Of a DNA stretch of 64,000 bases, positions 20,242 through 30,626 are shown piece after piece. The notes under the pieces are model-generated. The model worked only from the letters and a program-made list of their open reading frames with translations, did not search any database and had not been told where the DNA came from. The stretch lies in NCBI GenBank assembly GCA_910577155.1, contig CAJTMS010000005.1:848-64847 (forward strand). Direction: 5' to 3'. The stretch comes from an uncultured Mailhella sp. (GTDB lineage Bacteria > Desulfobacterota > Desulfovibrionia > Desulfovibrionales > Desulfovibrionaceae). The stretch's first letter is position 1, and each line of letters starts with the position of its first letter. The position numbers were made by a program, and so were the translations under genes.

Positions 20242-22065
20242 ATGGACGCACATCTTTTTCGCCGTTTTTGCGAAGATTTACTGCCTGCTTTGATTGGTGC
20301 AAGAATAGAAAAAATTTATCAGGTTGCAGACGGTATTATGACATTTTCACTGTATGGACTGGGAAATGTCCGCCAAAAATATTTTGCCCAAAAAAACAGA
20401 GATATTGTATCGCCCTTCAATGCCCAAAAATATTATTTGACGTATAAAGAAGGCAAGGACGCTTTTTTACTTTTAAGCCACAGCCGTACAGCAAAAAATG
20501 ATGAACCGCCCGCCTTTATTATGCGGCTGCGGAAATATTTGACAGGCAAGCATATAAAAACAGCCGCTGCAAATTGGCTCCGGCGGAAAATTATTCTTGA
20601 AGTACAGGATGTATGGCTTGAAATTGATTTGCGTCATGGCGTGGAACTCCATTTTGCCTGTCCGCAGCATGCGCTTTGTTCTCCGCAGGATACCTATTTT
20701 CCTTTTGAAAATTCTTACCGTTTATCACCGGCTTTGACGGATGATGATTTTTCTGCATACTGGGCGGATTTTTCTCTTTTACCGCAAATAACCGCACAGG
20801 ATATTTGGAGGGAATTTCAAACACTGACCCCGCTTTTACGCAAAACATTGCCGTATTTGCCTATAGAGGAGCAAGCCTCTTTATATGCCGACCTGCAATA
20901 CGGGGGCGGGGATGTTTTTGTTTATACAGAAAATGGACGGCAATTAAAAATTAACCGGTCTGTGGAAAATAATCCTCTGCATTTTGCAAGGACAGATGAC
21001 AGTTTTTTGCTCAGTGCATGGAAACTTCCGCAGGAATTATTAAAAACCATGGGTTATTCCCCTGAGAGCAAAGAACTTATTTTTGAGAATGCTCTTGAGG
21101 CGTGTTTATATATTGGGGATATGGTTTTAGCAAAAATCCAAAAGCAAAATGCGGGTACTTCCGTAAAACAATTCCAAGCACAATTAAAACGCCTGACACG
21201 TTTGGAAATAAAACTCATCGAAGAGGAAGAACGGCTGAATGCACTGGTACGAAAAAAAGAACAGGCACTTCTTATTCAGGCAAATTTGTACCGATTTTCG
21301 GCAGAGCATAAGGCAGAATATATTTTGCTTCATGATTATGCAGGGCGGGAAGTAAAAATATTACTGGATAAAGCGAAGACTGTTCGGGAAAATATGGAAA
21401 ATTATTTTCATGCGGCTTCTCGGGGTATGCGCGGGCTTGAGCATTTGGTGCGGAGAAAACAAGAACTTGCACAAGAAAAACAGGGACTTTTCGATAAAAT
21501 CTGGGAAGAAAATGCAGGGGGGGCGATAAAAGAACCTCAAACAAAGAAACGGAAAGACCAGCAAATCCAATATGGCTTACTTGGCAAAATCAAGAATGTC
21601 AACAAAAAAGCTAAGTTTAACCAAGAGATTGTCCTTAAAAGTGAAAAAAATAAAAGCACGAGCAAATATCCGAAAGAAGTGCAGGTCTTTCGCAGTTCTG
21701 ACGGGTTTATGATTTTGCGGGGCAGGGATACGAAGGGGAACGGACTCGTTTTAAAAATGGCTTCGCCTTATGATATATGGGTGCATATTGCCGAAGGAGC
21801 CTCTGCCCATGTTCTTATCAAGCGTGACCATGCAAAACAGGAAATACCTTTGCAAACCATGCGGGAGGCAGGAACTCTGGCACTTTTAAAAAGCTGGGTA
21901 AAGGGACAGGAAAAAGGCTATATCCAGTATAGCTATGCAAAATTTATCCGTCCCATGAAAAATGCGTCCCAAGGTCTGGTACATGTGGATAAAAGTGAGG
22001 GAACAATGGAAATAACTATTGTTCCGGAATATGAAGAGCAATTAAAAATAGAAAAGCACGAATAA
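20242..22065 (+). CDS. NFACT-family (RqcH / FbpA-like) protein
   Basis: N-terminal NFACT-N-like region (PPAFIMRLRKYLTG), a central coiled coil, and a C-terminal NFACT-R/DUF814 (SSDGFMILRGRDTKGN..., DIWVHIAEGASAHVLIK). Confidence 0.8.
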   Translation: MDAHLFRRFCEDLLPALIGARIEKIYQVADGIMTFSLYGLGNVRQKYFAQKNRDIVSPFNAQKYYLTYKEGKDAFLLLSHSRTAKNDEPPAFIMRLRKYLTGKHIKTAAANWLRRKIILEVQDVWLEIDLRHGVELHFACPQHALCSPQDTYFPFENSYRLSPALTDDDFSAYWADFSLLPQITAQDIWREFQTLTPLLRKTLPYLPIEEQASLYADLQYGGGDVFVYTENGRQLKINRSVENNPLHFARTDDSFLLSAWKLPQELLKTMGYSPESKELIFENALEACLYIGDMVLAKIQKQNAGTSVKQFQAQLKRLTRLEIKLIEEEERLNALVRKKEQALLIQANLYRFSAEHKAEYILLHDYAGREVKILLDKAKTVRENMENYFHAASRGMRGLEHLVRRKQELAQEKQGLFDKIWEENAGGAIKEPQTKKRKDQQIQYGLLGKIKNVNKKAKFNQEIVLKSEKNKSTSKYPKEVQVFRSSDGFMILRGRDTKGNGLVLKMASPYDIWVHIAEGASAHVLIKRDHAKQEIPLQTMREAGTLALLKSWVKGQEKGYIQYSYAKFIRPMKNASQGLVHVDKSEGTMEITIVPEYEEQLKIEKHE

Positions 22066-22073
22066 TTCGTGCT
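22055..22073. terminator. hairpin between the convergent NFACT and cheW genes
   Basis: An 8-bp stem AGCACGAA/TTCGTGCT whose 3-nt loop is the NFACT stop codon. Flanking sequence is A/T-rich. Confidence 0.35.
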
Positions 22074-22086
22074 TGTTATAGATATT

Positions 22087-22596
22087 TTATTTTACTGAGG
22101 CAAGGGCAAGGGTTTCCGGAAATTCTGAATTATTGAATAAAAAGTCCATATTCAATAAAATAAGCAGCCGATCGTCTAATTTCCCAACACCCTCAATATA
22201 TTCGGCACCAACGCCCGCAACAACCGGAGGAGCCTCTTCCACAGTATTGGCAGGTATTCTGAGAACTTCGGAAACAGAATCCACCAAAAAGCCTACAAAT
22301 TGATTTTCCCAAATCATAACGATAATTCTCGTTTTATCCGTCTGCCCAATTTCAGGCATGTGGAAACGCTTTCTGAAATTGACAACAGGAAGCACACGTC
22401 CGCGCAGGTTAATAACCCCTTCAATAAAATGGGGAGCATGGGGCACGGGGGTAATTTGCATGAGGCGGATAATTTCGTTTACTATTAAAATATCAACAGC
22501 AAATTCTTCCTGACCGAGTTTAAAAGAAACCAATTGTAATATTTTATTATTTTGTTCATTAACAGCATTAGGTTTTATTTCATGTGCTTGGCTCAT
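22087..22596 (-). CDS. cheW: chemotaxis coupling protein CheW
   Basis: FAVDILIVNEIIRLMQITPVPHAPHFIEGVINLRGRVLPVVNFRKRF is a canonical CheW domain. Confidence 0.9.
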   Translation of the reverse strand: MSQAHEIKPNAVNEQNNKILQLVSFKLGQEEFAVDILIVNEIIRLMQITPVPHAPHFIEGVINLRGRVLPVVNFRKRFHMPEIGQTDKTRIIVMIWENQFVGFLVDSVSEVLRIPANTVEEAPPVVAGVGAEYIEGVGKLDDRLLILLNMDFLFNNSEFPETLALASVK

Positions 22597-22755
22597 AAAT
22601 ATCCCCTTTCAAGAAATTGCAAATCATTCAAGCTACCTTAATACATCGGCTGCTTCGTTTAAAAGTATAGACTTCTTTCGCATATTTTGTTTAATTGCAG
22701 TGTATCAAAAAAAATGTACTCGTCAAGATTTTTTACAGGGAACGTACCGCATTAA

Positions 22756-24420
22756 CTAAATAAAATGAATAATATTTTCTATTATAGGTTCGCGTTCAAG
22801 AACATCGCGGAAAAAACGCCGCAGGGCAAGGCGTATCATTTCAGGCAGTTTGTCAAGATTTTTACCATTCAAAAGTTCCAATTGCTCAAAAATCAGACAT
22901 TGGGCATCCTGCAGATAATGGTTAAATTGCTGTTCAAAAACAAAACCATGGGAATATACGTGCGGACCTGTCAAAACACTTCCTGTTTCCTTATCAAGGA
23001 CAAGAGAAACAATGACAATGCCTTCATTGGATAAAATGCGCCGTTCTTTTAAAACAAGCTGCCCCACATCGCCAACCCCCTTGCCGTCCACAAGAACAAA
23101 GCCTGTAGGTTCGCTGTTTTCCTTGACAACACTGCCGTCGCTGTAAAAACAAATGGGCTGCCCGTCCTCTAAAAGGTGGCAATTGGGAGTGCCTATTTCT
23201 TTTGCTAACGCAATATGCTGAGATAAGTGCCTGTATTCCCCGTGGAGAGGAATAAAATGTTCCGGTTTGCAAAGGGATAATATGGTTTTGAGCTCTTCAT
23301 GGCAGGCATGTCCTGTAGCATGGATAATGAATCGGTCGTTATGAAAAACTGTAGCTCCCTGCTTGTACATTTGGTTAATCATACGGGAAACGGCCTTTGC
23401 ATTGCCCGGGATTGTCCGGGAAGACATGATGACAGTATCCCCCTCCTGCAAGGCAAGGCGTTTATGCTCGCCGGAAGCTATGCGGGTAAGGGCGGAAAGG
23501 GCTTCTCCCTGTGTGCCTGTTGCGAGAACAACGGTATTTTCGCGGTGCAGCTCGGTGATTGTTTCATCATTTTCCGGATAGTATCTTTCTTGGGGCAAGT
23601 AGCCTAATTCTGTGGCAATATTTATATTGGCAGCAAGGCTTCTTCCGCTGATGATGACATGTTTTTGGTGCTTTTTTGCAAGTTCGAAAACAGTGCCGAT
23701 ACGCTGGATATGGCTGGCAAAAAGGGCTATAATAATGCGTCCGCAGGTTGTTGAGAAAATCCGGTCTAAACCTGCTTTTACCATGGTTTCCGAGGCGGAA
23801 TGACCATGGTTTTCAATATTGGTGGAATCAGAAAGCAGGAGTTTTATACCATCTTTTTGAAATTCTTTTAAATCATTTTGCAATGCACAGGTATTTTGGA
23901 GGGCATAGGTATCTGAATATTCATCCAGTTTAAAATCGCCCGTATAGACAATTTTGCCAATGGGGCTTTCGATAAAATAAGCATAGCCGTCGGGAATTGA
24001 ATGGCAGACAGGGATTGCCTGAAAAGAAAGAGAGCCAAGCTTTATAGTGTCATAGGCTTCCACTAAAATGAGATTTGCCCGGTCAAGAAGTCCGCGTTCC
24101 GAAAGCTTGTGTTTGACAAGGGCAAGGGTAAAAGATGAGCCGTAAATATTGACATTTTTTATGGTACGCAAAAGCCATGGCAGCGCCCCGATATGGTCTT
24201 CATGCCCATGTGTCAGGATTACGCCCAGAAATTTTTGGTTTTCCTTTTTAAGCGTATCAAAGGAGGGAATAACGGCATCAACACCAAAATGGCTGTCGTC
24301 AGGAAACATCAGCCCGCAGTCCATAAGCAAAGAGCCTTCCGAACATTCCCATTTCTGGCAATTAAGCCCAATTTCTCCCAAGCCCCCCAGAGGGTGTATG
24401 CGTAAAAAATCTGCAGCCAT
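22756..24420 (-). CDS. rnj: ribonuclease J
   Basis: MBL motif THGHEDHIG, a beta-CASP region and a C-terminal domain. I trimmed the start to the ATG at 24420 (MAADFLRIHPLGGLGEIG), preceded by AGGAGA. Confidence 0.9.
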   Translation of the reverse strand: MAADFLRIHPLGGLGEIGLNCQKWECSEGSLLMDCGLMFPDDSHFGVDAVIPSFDTLKKENQKFLGVILTHGHEDHIGALPWLLRTIKNVNIYGSSFTLALVKHKLSERGLLDRANLILVEAYDTIKLGSLSFQAIPVCHSIPDGYAYFIESPIGKIVYTGDFKLDEYSDTYALQNTCALQNDLKEFQKDGIKLLLSDSTNIENHGHSASETMVKAGLDRIFSTTCGRIIIALFASHIQRIGTVFELAKKHQKHVIISGRSLAANINIATELGYLPQERYYPENDETITELHRENTVVLATGTQGEALSALTRIASGEHKRLALQEGDTVIMSSRTIPGNAKAVSRMINQMYKQGATVFHNDRFIIHATGHACHEELKTILSLCKPEHFIPLHGEYRHLSQHIALAKEIGTPNCHLLEDGQPICFYSDGSVVKENSEPTGFVLVDGKGVGDVGQLVLKERRILSNEGIVIVSLVLDKETGSVLTGPHVYSHGFVFEQQFNHYLQDAQCLIFEQLELLNGKNLDKLPEMIRLALRRFFRDVLEREPIIENIIHFI

Positions 24421-24594
24421 TTTTTCTCCTTGCCTGAGTGTAGCGTATCTTTTCAAAAAAGACAAAAACTTTTTCTTACATTTCCTGCGGTTGTCAAGTA
24501 AAAAAAGGTAAAAAAATGCCTGTTTTTAGTCTTGCAATAGCTTTGAGATTATGTTAAAAAAAATAAAATTAATTAGGGTGATAGTGAGTTTTCC

Positions 24595-25194
24595 ATGCTG
24601 AAACCAAAAAAAGACTTTTCTTGTGCTTTTTTGAATGCTGCGAAGAATTTAAATCTTGCAACGAAGATAACGCTTCTTCGTATTGCCATTATCATCCCCA
24701 TTTTAATGCTTCTTTCCTCCGCAACAAAAATTGCTTGTTTTTTTGCCTGTTTATTGTTCGTTGTTGCGGCGCTCAGTGATTTTATCGATGGGTATATCGC
24801 AAGACGCTGCGGGCAAGTAACCACGCTGGGCAAATTTCTTGATCCTCTGGCTGATAAATTTCTTATTTGCACCGTTTTAATTGAGTTATGTTCCTTGGGC
24901 TGGATTCCTGCATGGGCCGTGCATATCATTATTGTCCGTGAACTTGCCGTGACAGGGCTTCGCGCTGTTGCTTCCGACTATGGCATTGTTTTGGCTGCGG
25001 ATACGTTTGGAAAATGGAAAACAACATTTCAGATTTTAGCCTGTATTCCCTTAATGTTGCATTATGCCTACCTCGGAATTAATTTACACCAAATAGGTGT
25101 GATTTTATTATACGTCGCTGTCTTTTTTACTATTTTGTCCGGCTGCAATTATTTTTATACATTTTGTGTCGATATACGTGATAAAGAAGTGTGA
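24595..25194 (+). CDS. pgsA: CDP-diacylglycerol--glycerol-3-phosphate 3-phosphatidyltransferase
   Basis: CDP-alcohol phosphatidyltransferase motif DFIDGYIARRCGQVTTLGKFLDPLADK. Confidence 0.9.
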   Translation: MLKPKKDFSCAFLNAAKNLNLATKITLLRIAIIIPILMLLSSATKIACFFACLLFVVAALSDFIDGYIARRCGQVTTLGKFLDPLADKFLICTVLIELCSLGWIPAWAVHIIIVRELAVTGLRAVASDYGIVLAADTFGKWKTTFQILACIPLMLHYAYLGINLHQIGVILLYVAVFFTILSGCNYFYTFCVDIRDKEV

Positions 25195-25560
25195 GTGGAG
25201 CCTATGAAAAAAACTGTTTCTTTATCTTTTTTTTGGCGAACCTTATTTTTGGGTTTTGCATTATTGTTGAATGTCACCCTTGGTTATCGCTTATTTTTCA
25301 GTGAGCAAAGCTTTTTTGCGTGGCAGGGGGTGCAGCGGCATTTTTCCAATATGCAGCAACAATTGCTTGATATTCAACAAAAACTGACTTTTTTGAGTGA
25401 AGAAATCCGTCTTTTGCAAAGTAATAATGACTATATTGAGCGGGCTGTTCGTGAACGGTTAAATTATGTACGTGAAAATGAAATTTTGTATGTTTTTGAA
25501 AAAAAACAATTAGTTAATTCTATTTGGACGGAAACAGAAGAAGATTTGCAAAATGAATAA
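25195..25560 (+). CDS. FtsB/DivIC-like septum formation initiator
   Basis: An N-terminal TM helix, a coiled coil and a conserved tail (ERAVRERLNYVRENEILYVF). The start is ambiguous (GTG 25195 or ATG 25204). Confidence 0.65.
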   Translation: MEPMKKTVSLSFFWRTLFLGFALLLNVTLGYRLFFSEQSFFAWQGVQRHFSNMQQQLLDIQQKLTFLSEEIRLLQSNNDYIERAVRERLNYVRENEILYVFEKKQLVNSIWTETEEDLQNE

Positions 25561-25562
25561 TT

Positions 25563-27101
25563 TTGTGGTATTATGATAAAATGAAAGGTATGAATATGTC
25601 CGTTGATGAAAAAACAGTCAAATATGCAAAATTAGAATGGTATAAAGAAGTTCTTTCTTTAGAGCCAAATTCAAAACTGTTTTTACCTCTTGCAAGACTG
25701 CTCGCCGAACTTGGTACTGAAGATAATAATGCCGACATGATGAATGAGGCATTTGAAGTGCTGCGGCGTGGTCTTGATATTCAGCCTGAATTTATGGAAG
25801 CCCGCCTTTTTTTGATTGAATTATTGAATACATGCGGCTGCAAAGCACAATGCGGGGCTGAAGTTGCCCGCCTTGCGTCCTTATTTTTGAGTTATCCGGA
25901 TTTTTGGGATGCGTGGCGTGAATATGCCATTATCGAGCATGAGAGTTCTGATTTTACTGCTGCTCTTGGTTTCATGAGTGCAATTATGCGCAATAAATCC
26001 CTGAGCATAGTGCAGGTTTTGGAAGCAGGGCTCAATACTTTAAAAACAAATTCCGTGCCCTTATTTTCACCGGAAACGGTTAATGCTGCTAAAAATATTG
26101 AAAAAAGCGGTATAGCCAAAATGCCGCAGGAACATTTTTCACAAATAAAAACCTGTCTTGAAGGTCTTTCCAATCAGCAGGAAACCGCTAATTCTGCGTC
26201 TTTTACTGTATCAGAACAGCCTGTGGATCCGGAGCAAGTACAGGAAGAAAATCTGCCGAAACCTGAAAATTTTGCGGAACCGACTCTGCCGGAAGAAAAG
26301 TTTGCAGAAGAACATTTTGCTGCTGAACAGGCTGATACCGATAAGCAAATCATGCCTTCAGAGCTTACTGATGTTTTGCCAAAAGCCCATGTTGATAATT
26401 ATATGAATTTTGCAGAACAGCAAAATACTCTTGTGCAGGATAAAACAAAAAGTACCAAAGAAACCTTGGCAGAGCTTATCAAAGACGCAAATATTACCAT
26501 AGAGCCGGTAGAAAATTCCCTTTTCAGAACCAAGAGTATGGCTGATTTATTGGCAGAACAAGGGGACTATAAAGGTGCCTTGGAAATTTATCATGAATTA
26601 TTGGCAAAAGGCTATGGAAATAAAGAAGAGTTAGAGGAACGCATAGCTGATATCAAAATTCTTGCACCTGAGCTTGATGTTAAAATAGATAAATCAAAAT
26701 TACTTGCCATTGATGATTTGGTGGATACATCTTTTGGAACAATGGCAGAAAGTTTATCTACTTTACAGGCCGGAAATCTTGATTTGGATACTGTACCGGC
26801 AGAAAACACAGAATTGCAGCCGGAAACCGCTCAGGCGGAAATGGAGCTTGCCGTTTCTGAGGCAGATGCGGGAGCGCAGGCAGAAGCTGCTGCCCCGGAA
26901 TTTACTGAGGAACAAATTTCTGCTTCAATGAATCAATCTGAAGCTGTTTTTGAAACCATGCCAAATACAATGGAAACAAGAGCAGAAGAATCTCTTACTG
27001 AAGAGCAGGGCAGCAAAGCGGAAAAAAAAGCAAAATCACAAACAGATGTAGCAGATTTACTGACAAAACTTGCGGAACGGTTGGAAATCCGGGCAAGTTA
27101 G
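25563..27101 (+). CDS. acidic TPR-like protein, function unknown
   Basis: Long ORF whose start is ambiguous (ATGs at 25581, 25590 and 25596). Helical-repeat N-terminus, an E/P/A-rich acidic centre, and one clear TPR-like unit (MADLLAEQGDYKGALEIYHELLAKG). Confidence 0.6.
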   Translation: MWYYDKMKGMNMSVDEKTVKYAKLEWYKEVLSLEPNSKLFLPLARLLAELGTEDNNADMMNEAFEVLRRGLDIQPEFMEARLFLIELLNTCGCKAQCGAEVARLASLFLSYPDFWDAWREYAIIEHESSDFTAALGFMSAIMRNKSLSIVQVLEAGLNTLKTNSVPLFSPETVNAAKNIEKSGIAKMPQEHFSQIKTCLEGLSNQQETANSASFTVSEQPVDPEQVQEENLPKPENFAEPTLPEEKFAEEHFAAEQADTDKQIMPSELTDVLPKAHVDNYMNFAEQQNTLVQDKTKSTKETLAELIKDANITIEPVENSLFRTKSMADLLAEQGDYKGALEIYHELLAKGYGNKEELEERIADIKILAPELDVKIDKSKLLAIDDLVDTSFGTMAESLSTLQAGNLDLDTVPAENTELQPETAQAEMELAVSEADAGAQAEAAAPEFTEEQISASMNQSEAVFETMPNTMETRAEESLTEEQGSKAEKKAKSQTDVADLLTKLAERLEIRAS

Positions 27102-27110
27102 GAGTGTCAT

Positions 27111-27869
27111 TTGAAAAAGAATACTATTTTATGTTTATGTTTAGCCATGGCATGTTCTGCCTGTCTGGCTATTACTGATTCTCAAACGTATAAAGATACG
27201 AAAAGATTTTATTATACGTATGTTAATAAGCCTGCTGTTGTGGACTATACTGTTGCTGAAATTTCTCCTATTGACAGCAGACTGACAAAAACATTTGCAA
27301 AAATGGACAAAGAGTTAACCCAGTTGGAACGTGCACTGGACGGTATTTTAGATATTACCAATGTGGAGGCTATTACTAATTTATTTTCACAATTTTCATG
27401 GATTTCACATGTTTATGCATTGAGCCCTGAAGGAGAAGTCTTGGGAGCTATTCCTTCTTATGTTCCTGATAATGTAAATTTTGCTTATATCCAAGAAAAG
27501 GAAATAAAAGCACGTGAGATTATTGCTGAAATCCAAGAAAATCCTTTGGGGTATGAAATTATTTTATTCCGTCCCTATATGATGAGCGGGGAAATTCAAG
27601 CTTTTCTTGCTGTCACATTTGATCCTAAATCCCTCTTGCCCTATGTGGGTGACCCTTCTCATGTTCTGTTTTTATCTGAGCAGGCACCTTTTTGGACAGG
27701 TGAGCATTATTATGAGGATACCCCTTTTGCGTTGGATTGGACGCAAGAGCTTAAAAGTAAATCTTATGATACGGTCAGCAATGATTCCTATGAAGGGGCA
27801 TGGATTGTGCGCTATTATGGCGGACAGCGGCTGATATACGGTATCATGGAAGAAAAAGGGAAAGAATAA
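27111..27869 (+). CDS. lipoprotein, function unknown
   Basis: TTG start after AGGAG. Signal and lipobox-like N-terminus MKKNTILCLCLAMACSAC. Confidence 0.6.
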   Translation: MKKNTILCLCLAMACSACLAITDSQTYKDTKRFYYTYVNKPAVVDYTVAEISPIDSRLTKTFAKMDKELTQLERALDGILDITNVEAITNLFSQFSWISHVYALSPEGEVLGAIPSYVPDNVNFAYIQEKEIKAREIIAEIQENPLGYEIILFRPYMMSGEIQAFLAVTFDPKSLLPYVGDPSHVLFLSEQAPFWTGEHYYEDTPFALDWTQELKSKSYDTVSNDSYEGAWIVRYYGGQRLIYGIMEEKGKE

Positions 27870-27877
27870 TTTTATAC

Positions 27878-27912
27878 AAGCCCCCCCTTTGGCATTTTAC
27901 GGGGGCTTTTTT
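27878..27912 (+). terminator. intrinsic terminator
   Basis: Stem AAGCCCCC/GGGGGCTT followed by a T-run. Confidence 0.55.
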
Positions 27913-27938
27913 ATGTTGTTTTTTATTTGAGGTATAGT

Positions 27939-28913
27939 ATGGCAGAAATCAGTGTTATTGAGCATATTCATTCCATGCAGCTGAAGTGGTCACCTACAGC
28001 AACAGGGCAGTTTACGTCACTTTTGCATGATTTAATTTTATCTGCAAAAATTATTTCCCGCAGCGTGACCAAAGCAGGGCTTGTGGATATTTTAGGCGGA
28101 ACCGGTGATATCAATGTGCAGGGAGAGTTAGTACAGAAATTGGATGACTTTGCCAACAGCGTCATGATTTATCGGATGAAAAATTGCGGTGTGGTTTGTG
28201 CCCTTGGCTCCGAAGAAGAAGATGAGCTTGTTGTTATTGATAAAGACAAAAAACGCGGAAATTATGTGATTTTTTTTGATCCTCTCGACGGTTCTTCCAA
28301 TATTGACGCCAATGTCAGCATCGGGACAATTTTTTCTATTTACCGTGTGAGTGACGATGTAGAGCTGACCAAAAAAAATATTTTATGCCAAGGCGATAAG
28401 CAAGTTGCAGCCGGATATTTTCTTTACGGACCTTCTACCATGATGGTGTATTCCACAGGGCATGGTGTGTTTGGTTTTACGCTTGACCCCAGTGTTGGTG
28501 AATTTTTACTTTCTCATGACAATATTAAAATTCCTGAAACCGGAAAATATTATTCCGTGAATGCTGCCTATTATGACAGGTGGAGCAAGGAAGATAAAAA
28601 GGCTATGGATCTTTTTACCCACGGTGATTATTCACTGCGTTATGTGGGCTCTTTAGTGGCTGATTTTCATAGAACTTTGCTTTACGGCGGGCTTTATGCC
28701 TATCCTGCGGATACAAAAAATACTCATGGAAAACTCCGCTTGCTCTATGAAGCAAATCCGCTTTCCTTTTTGATGGAACAGGCAGGGGGGCTTGCTTTAA
28801 ATGGTGAGGGAAAGCGTATTCTTGAAATTGTGCCGGAACAAATCCATACACGGACGCCTTTTATTTTTGGTTCTAAAAAAGAAGTTGAAAAATATAGAAG
28901 TGCATTTGTCTAG
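27939..28913 (+). CDS. fbp: class 1 fructose-1,6-bisphosphatase
   Basis: [38 protein letters not shown] and LRLLYEANP are canonical. I chose the ATG at 27939 (after GAGG) over the TTG at 27927. Confidence 0.93.
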   Translation: MAEISVIEHIHSMQLKWSPTATGQFTSLLHDLILSAKIISRSVTKAGLVDILGGTGDINVQGELVQKLDDFANSVMIYRMKNCGVVCALGSEEEDELVVIDKDKKRGNYVIFFDPLDGSSNIDANVSIGTIFSIYRVSDDVELTKKNILCQGDKQVAAGYFLYGPSTMMVYSTGHGVFGFTLDPSVGEFLLSHDNIKIPETGKYYSVNAAYYDRWSKEDKKAMDLFTHGDYSLRYVGSLVADFHRTLLYGGLYAYPADTKNTHGKLRLLYEANPLSFLMEQAGGLALNGEGKRILEIVPEQIHTRTPFIFGSKKEVEKYRSAFV

Positions 28914-29138
28914 GCTTCAGCCTGCTTTTTTATACATGTTTTTTATGGGAGAGCCGCCTTTGTCACTGTTCGGAACAGTCCAAGCTCATGCTGCTGTATA
29001 ACTTGTAAACTTGCAAAGGCTGTCACTTCCCGAAAAAGCATGCAGGATAATTAATGCAGTTTTTCCTGCTGAATTGAATACGCTGTCATTTTTGTTGAGA
29101 TAATGGTTTCAAAACCATATTTTTATTGAGGGGCATAT

Positions 29139-30212
29139 ATGCTTGTTCTTGGAATTGAAACTTCCTGTGATGATACGGGCTTGGCATTAGTTGATGACAA
29201 GGGACTTGTTTCCTCTGTTATGGCTTCTCAAGTTGAGCTTCATGCCCTTTTTGGGGGTGTCGTTCCGGAACTTGCGTCAAGGGAGCATGCCCGTTTTATT
29301 GGACCGCTTTTTGATAAGCTGCTGGCTGAAAGCGGAAAAACGTTAGCAGATATAGACAGAATTGCGGTTACCAGAGGACCGGGTTTACTCGGCAGTTTAC
29401 TCGTAGGGGTAGCTTTTGCAAAAAGCCTGTCTTTGGCAGCCGATATTCCTCTCATTGGCATAAATCACCTCCATGCCCATTTGCTGGTTGCAGGTTTGGA
29501 AAATCCTTTGACTTTTCCTGCGCTGGGCATTTTAGTGTCAGGCGGGCATACGCATTTAATCCAAATGAACAGTCCCGTTGATATGAAAGTATGGGGGAAA
29601 ACCCTTGATGATGCAGCGGGCGAGGCTTGCGACAAGTTTGGAAAAATACTCGGACTGCCCTATCCCGGCGGAATGTATTTGGATAAATTAGGACAGCTCG
29701 GAAGTGTTGATAAAAGTCTTTTTCCTCGTCCCTATACAAAAAATGAAAATTATGATTTTAGTTTCAGCGGCATGAAAACAGCGGCGTCTTTATGGCTGGA
29801 GCAGCATCAAAATGCCCGGCTCTCACTTCCTCCTCTTGGGCAAAAGTATGCTGACGATTTTTTTGAAAAAGCGGATGAAGAAGCAAAAAATGCTTCTGCT
29901 TCTTATTTATATGCCATGGCTGATACTCTTGTGATTAAAGCAAAACGGGTTTTAAAAGAATTTTCTCCCACGTGTCTTGTTGCTGCAGGGGGTGTGGCGG
30001 CAAATAGTTTTGTCCGAAAACAGCTGTCTGATTTTGCACAGGAAATCCATTTGCCTTTGTATATTCCAAAACATAAATTTTGCTCCGACAATGGAATTAT
30101 GGTTGCATATACAGGGTTATTACTGGCAAAAATGGGCTTACGGCACGACGAAAATTTAACTGCGCTGGCACGCGGAAAACCTATTCCGAACGACTATTTG
30201 GAAATGCTTTAA
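29139..30212 (+). CDS. tsaD: tRNA N6-adenosine threonylcarbamoyltransferase
   Basis: MLVLGIETSCDDTG..., HLHAH, VSGGHTHL and GGVAAN are canonical TsaD/Kae1. Confidence 0.93.
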   Translation: MLVLGIETSCDDTGLALVDDKGLVSSVMASQVELHALFGGVVPELASREHARFIGPLFDKLLAESGKTLADIDRIAVTRGPGLLGSLLVGVAFAKSLSLAADIPLIGINHLHAHLLVAGLENPLTFPALGILVSGGHTHLIQMNSPVDMKVWGKTLDDAAGEACDKFGKILGLPYPGGMYLDKLGQLGSVDKSLFPRPYTKNENYDFSFSGMKTAASLWLEQHQNARLSLPPLGQKYADDFFEKADEEAKNASASYLYAMADTLVIKAKRVLKEFSPTCLVAAGGVAANSFVRKQLSDFAQEIHLPLYIPKHKFCSDNGIMVAYTGLLLAKMGLRHDENLTALARGKPIPNDYLEML

Positions 30213-30307
30213 AATGCATTTTCCGGCGTTGACAGAAACGTATTTTAACCTTAATTAAATAAAGAAAAAAATTAAATGTGCGCTCATAGGAGCAAAAGGA
30301 GAATAAT

Positions 30308-30625
30308 ATGGCTATCGAAGTAACTGATGCAAATTTTGACGCAACTGTTTTAAAAAATACTCTTCCGGTTTTAGTTGATTTCTGGGCTCCATGGTGTGGT
30401 CCTTGTCGTGCAGTTAGCCCTATTGTTGAAGAAATTTCCAAAGAACTTGACGGTAAAGTTGCGGTCTGCAAAGTGAATGTTGATGAAAATCAGGCTTCAC
30501 CAAGCCGTTTTGGTATCCGTGCTATTCCGACTTTAATTGTGTTTAAAGACGGAGAAGTTGTGGATCAGATAACAGGTGCTGTTGCAAAAAACAATATTAT
30601 GGATTTAATTAACAAGGCATTGTAA
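30308..30625 (+). CDS. trxA: thioredoxin
   Basis: 105 aa with the WCGPC active site. Confidence 0.95.
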   Translation: MAIEVTDANFDATVLKNTLPVLVDFWAPWCGPCRAVSPIVEEISKELDGKVAVCKVNVDENQASPSRFGIRAIPTLIVFKDGEVVDQITGAVAKNNIMDLINKAL

Positions 30626-30626
30626 T

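Noticed and set aside
22640-22670. A minus-strand GCCGATGT about 50 nt upstream of cheW looks like a sigma28 -10 box (GCCGATAA).
   Set aside because: The TAAA element lies only 7 nt upstream instead of about 15, and no proper -35 is present at the right spacing. I did not report it as a promoter.
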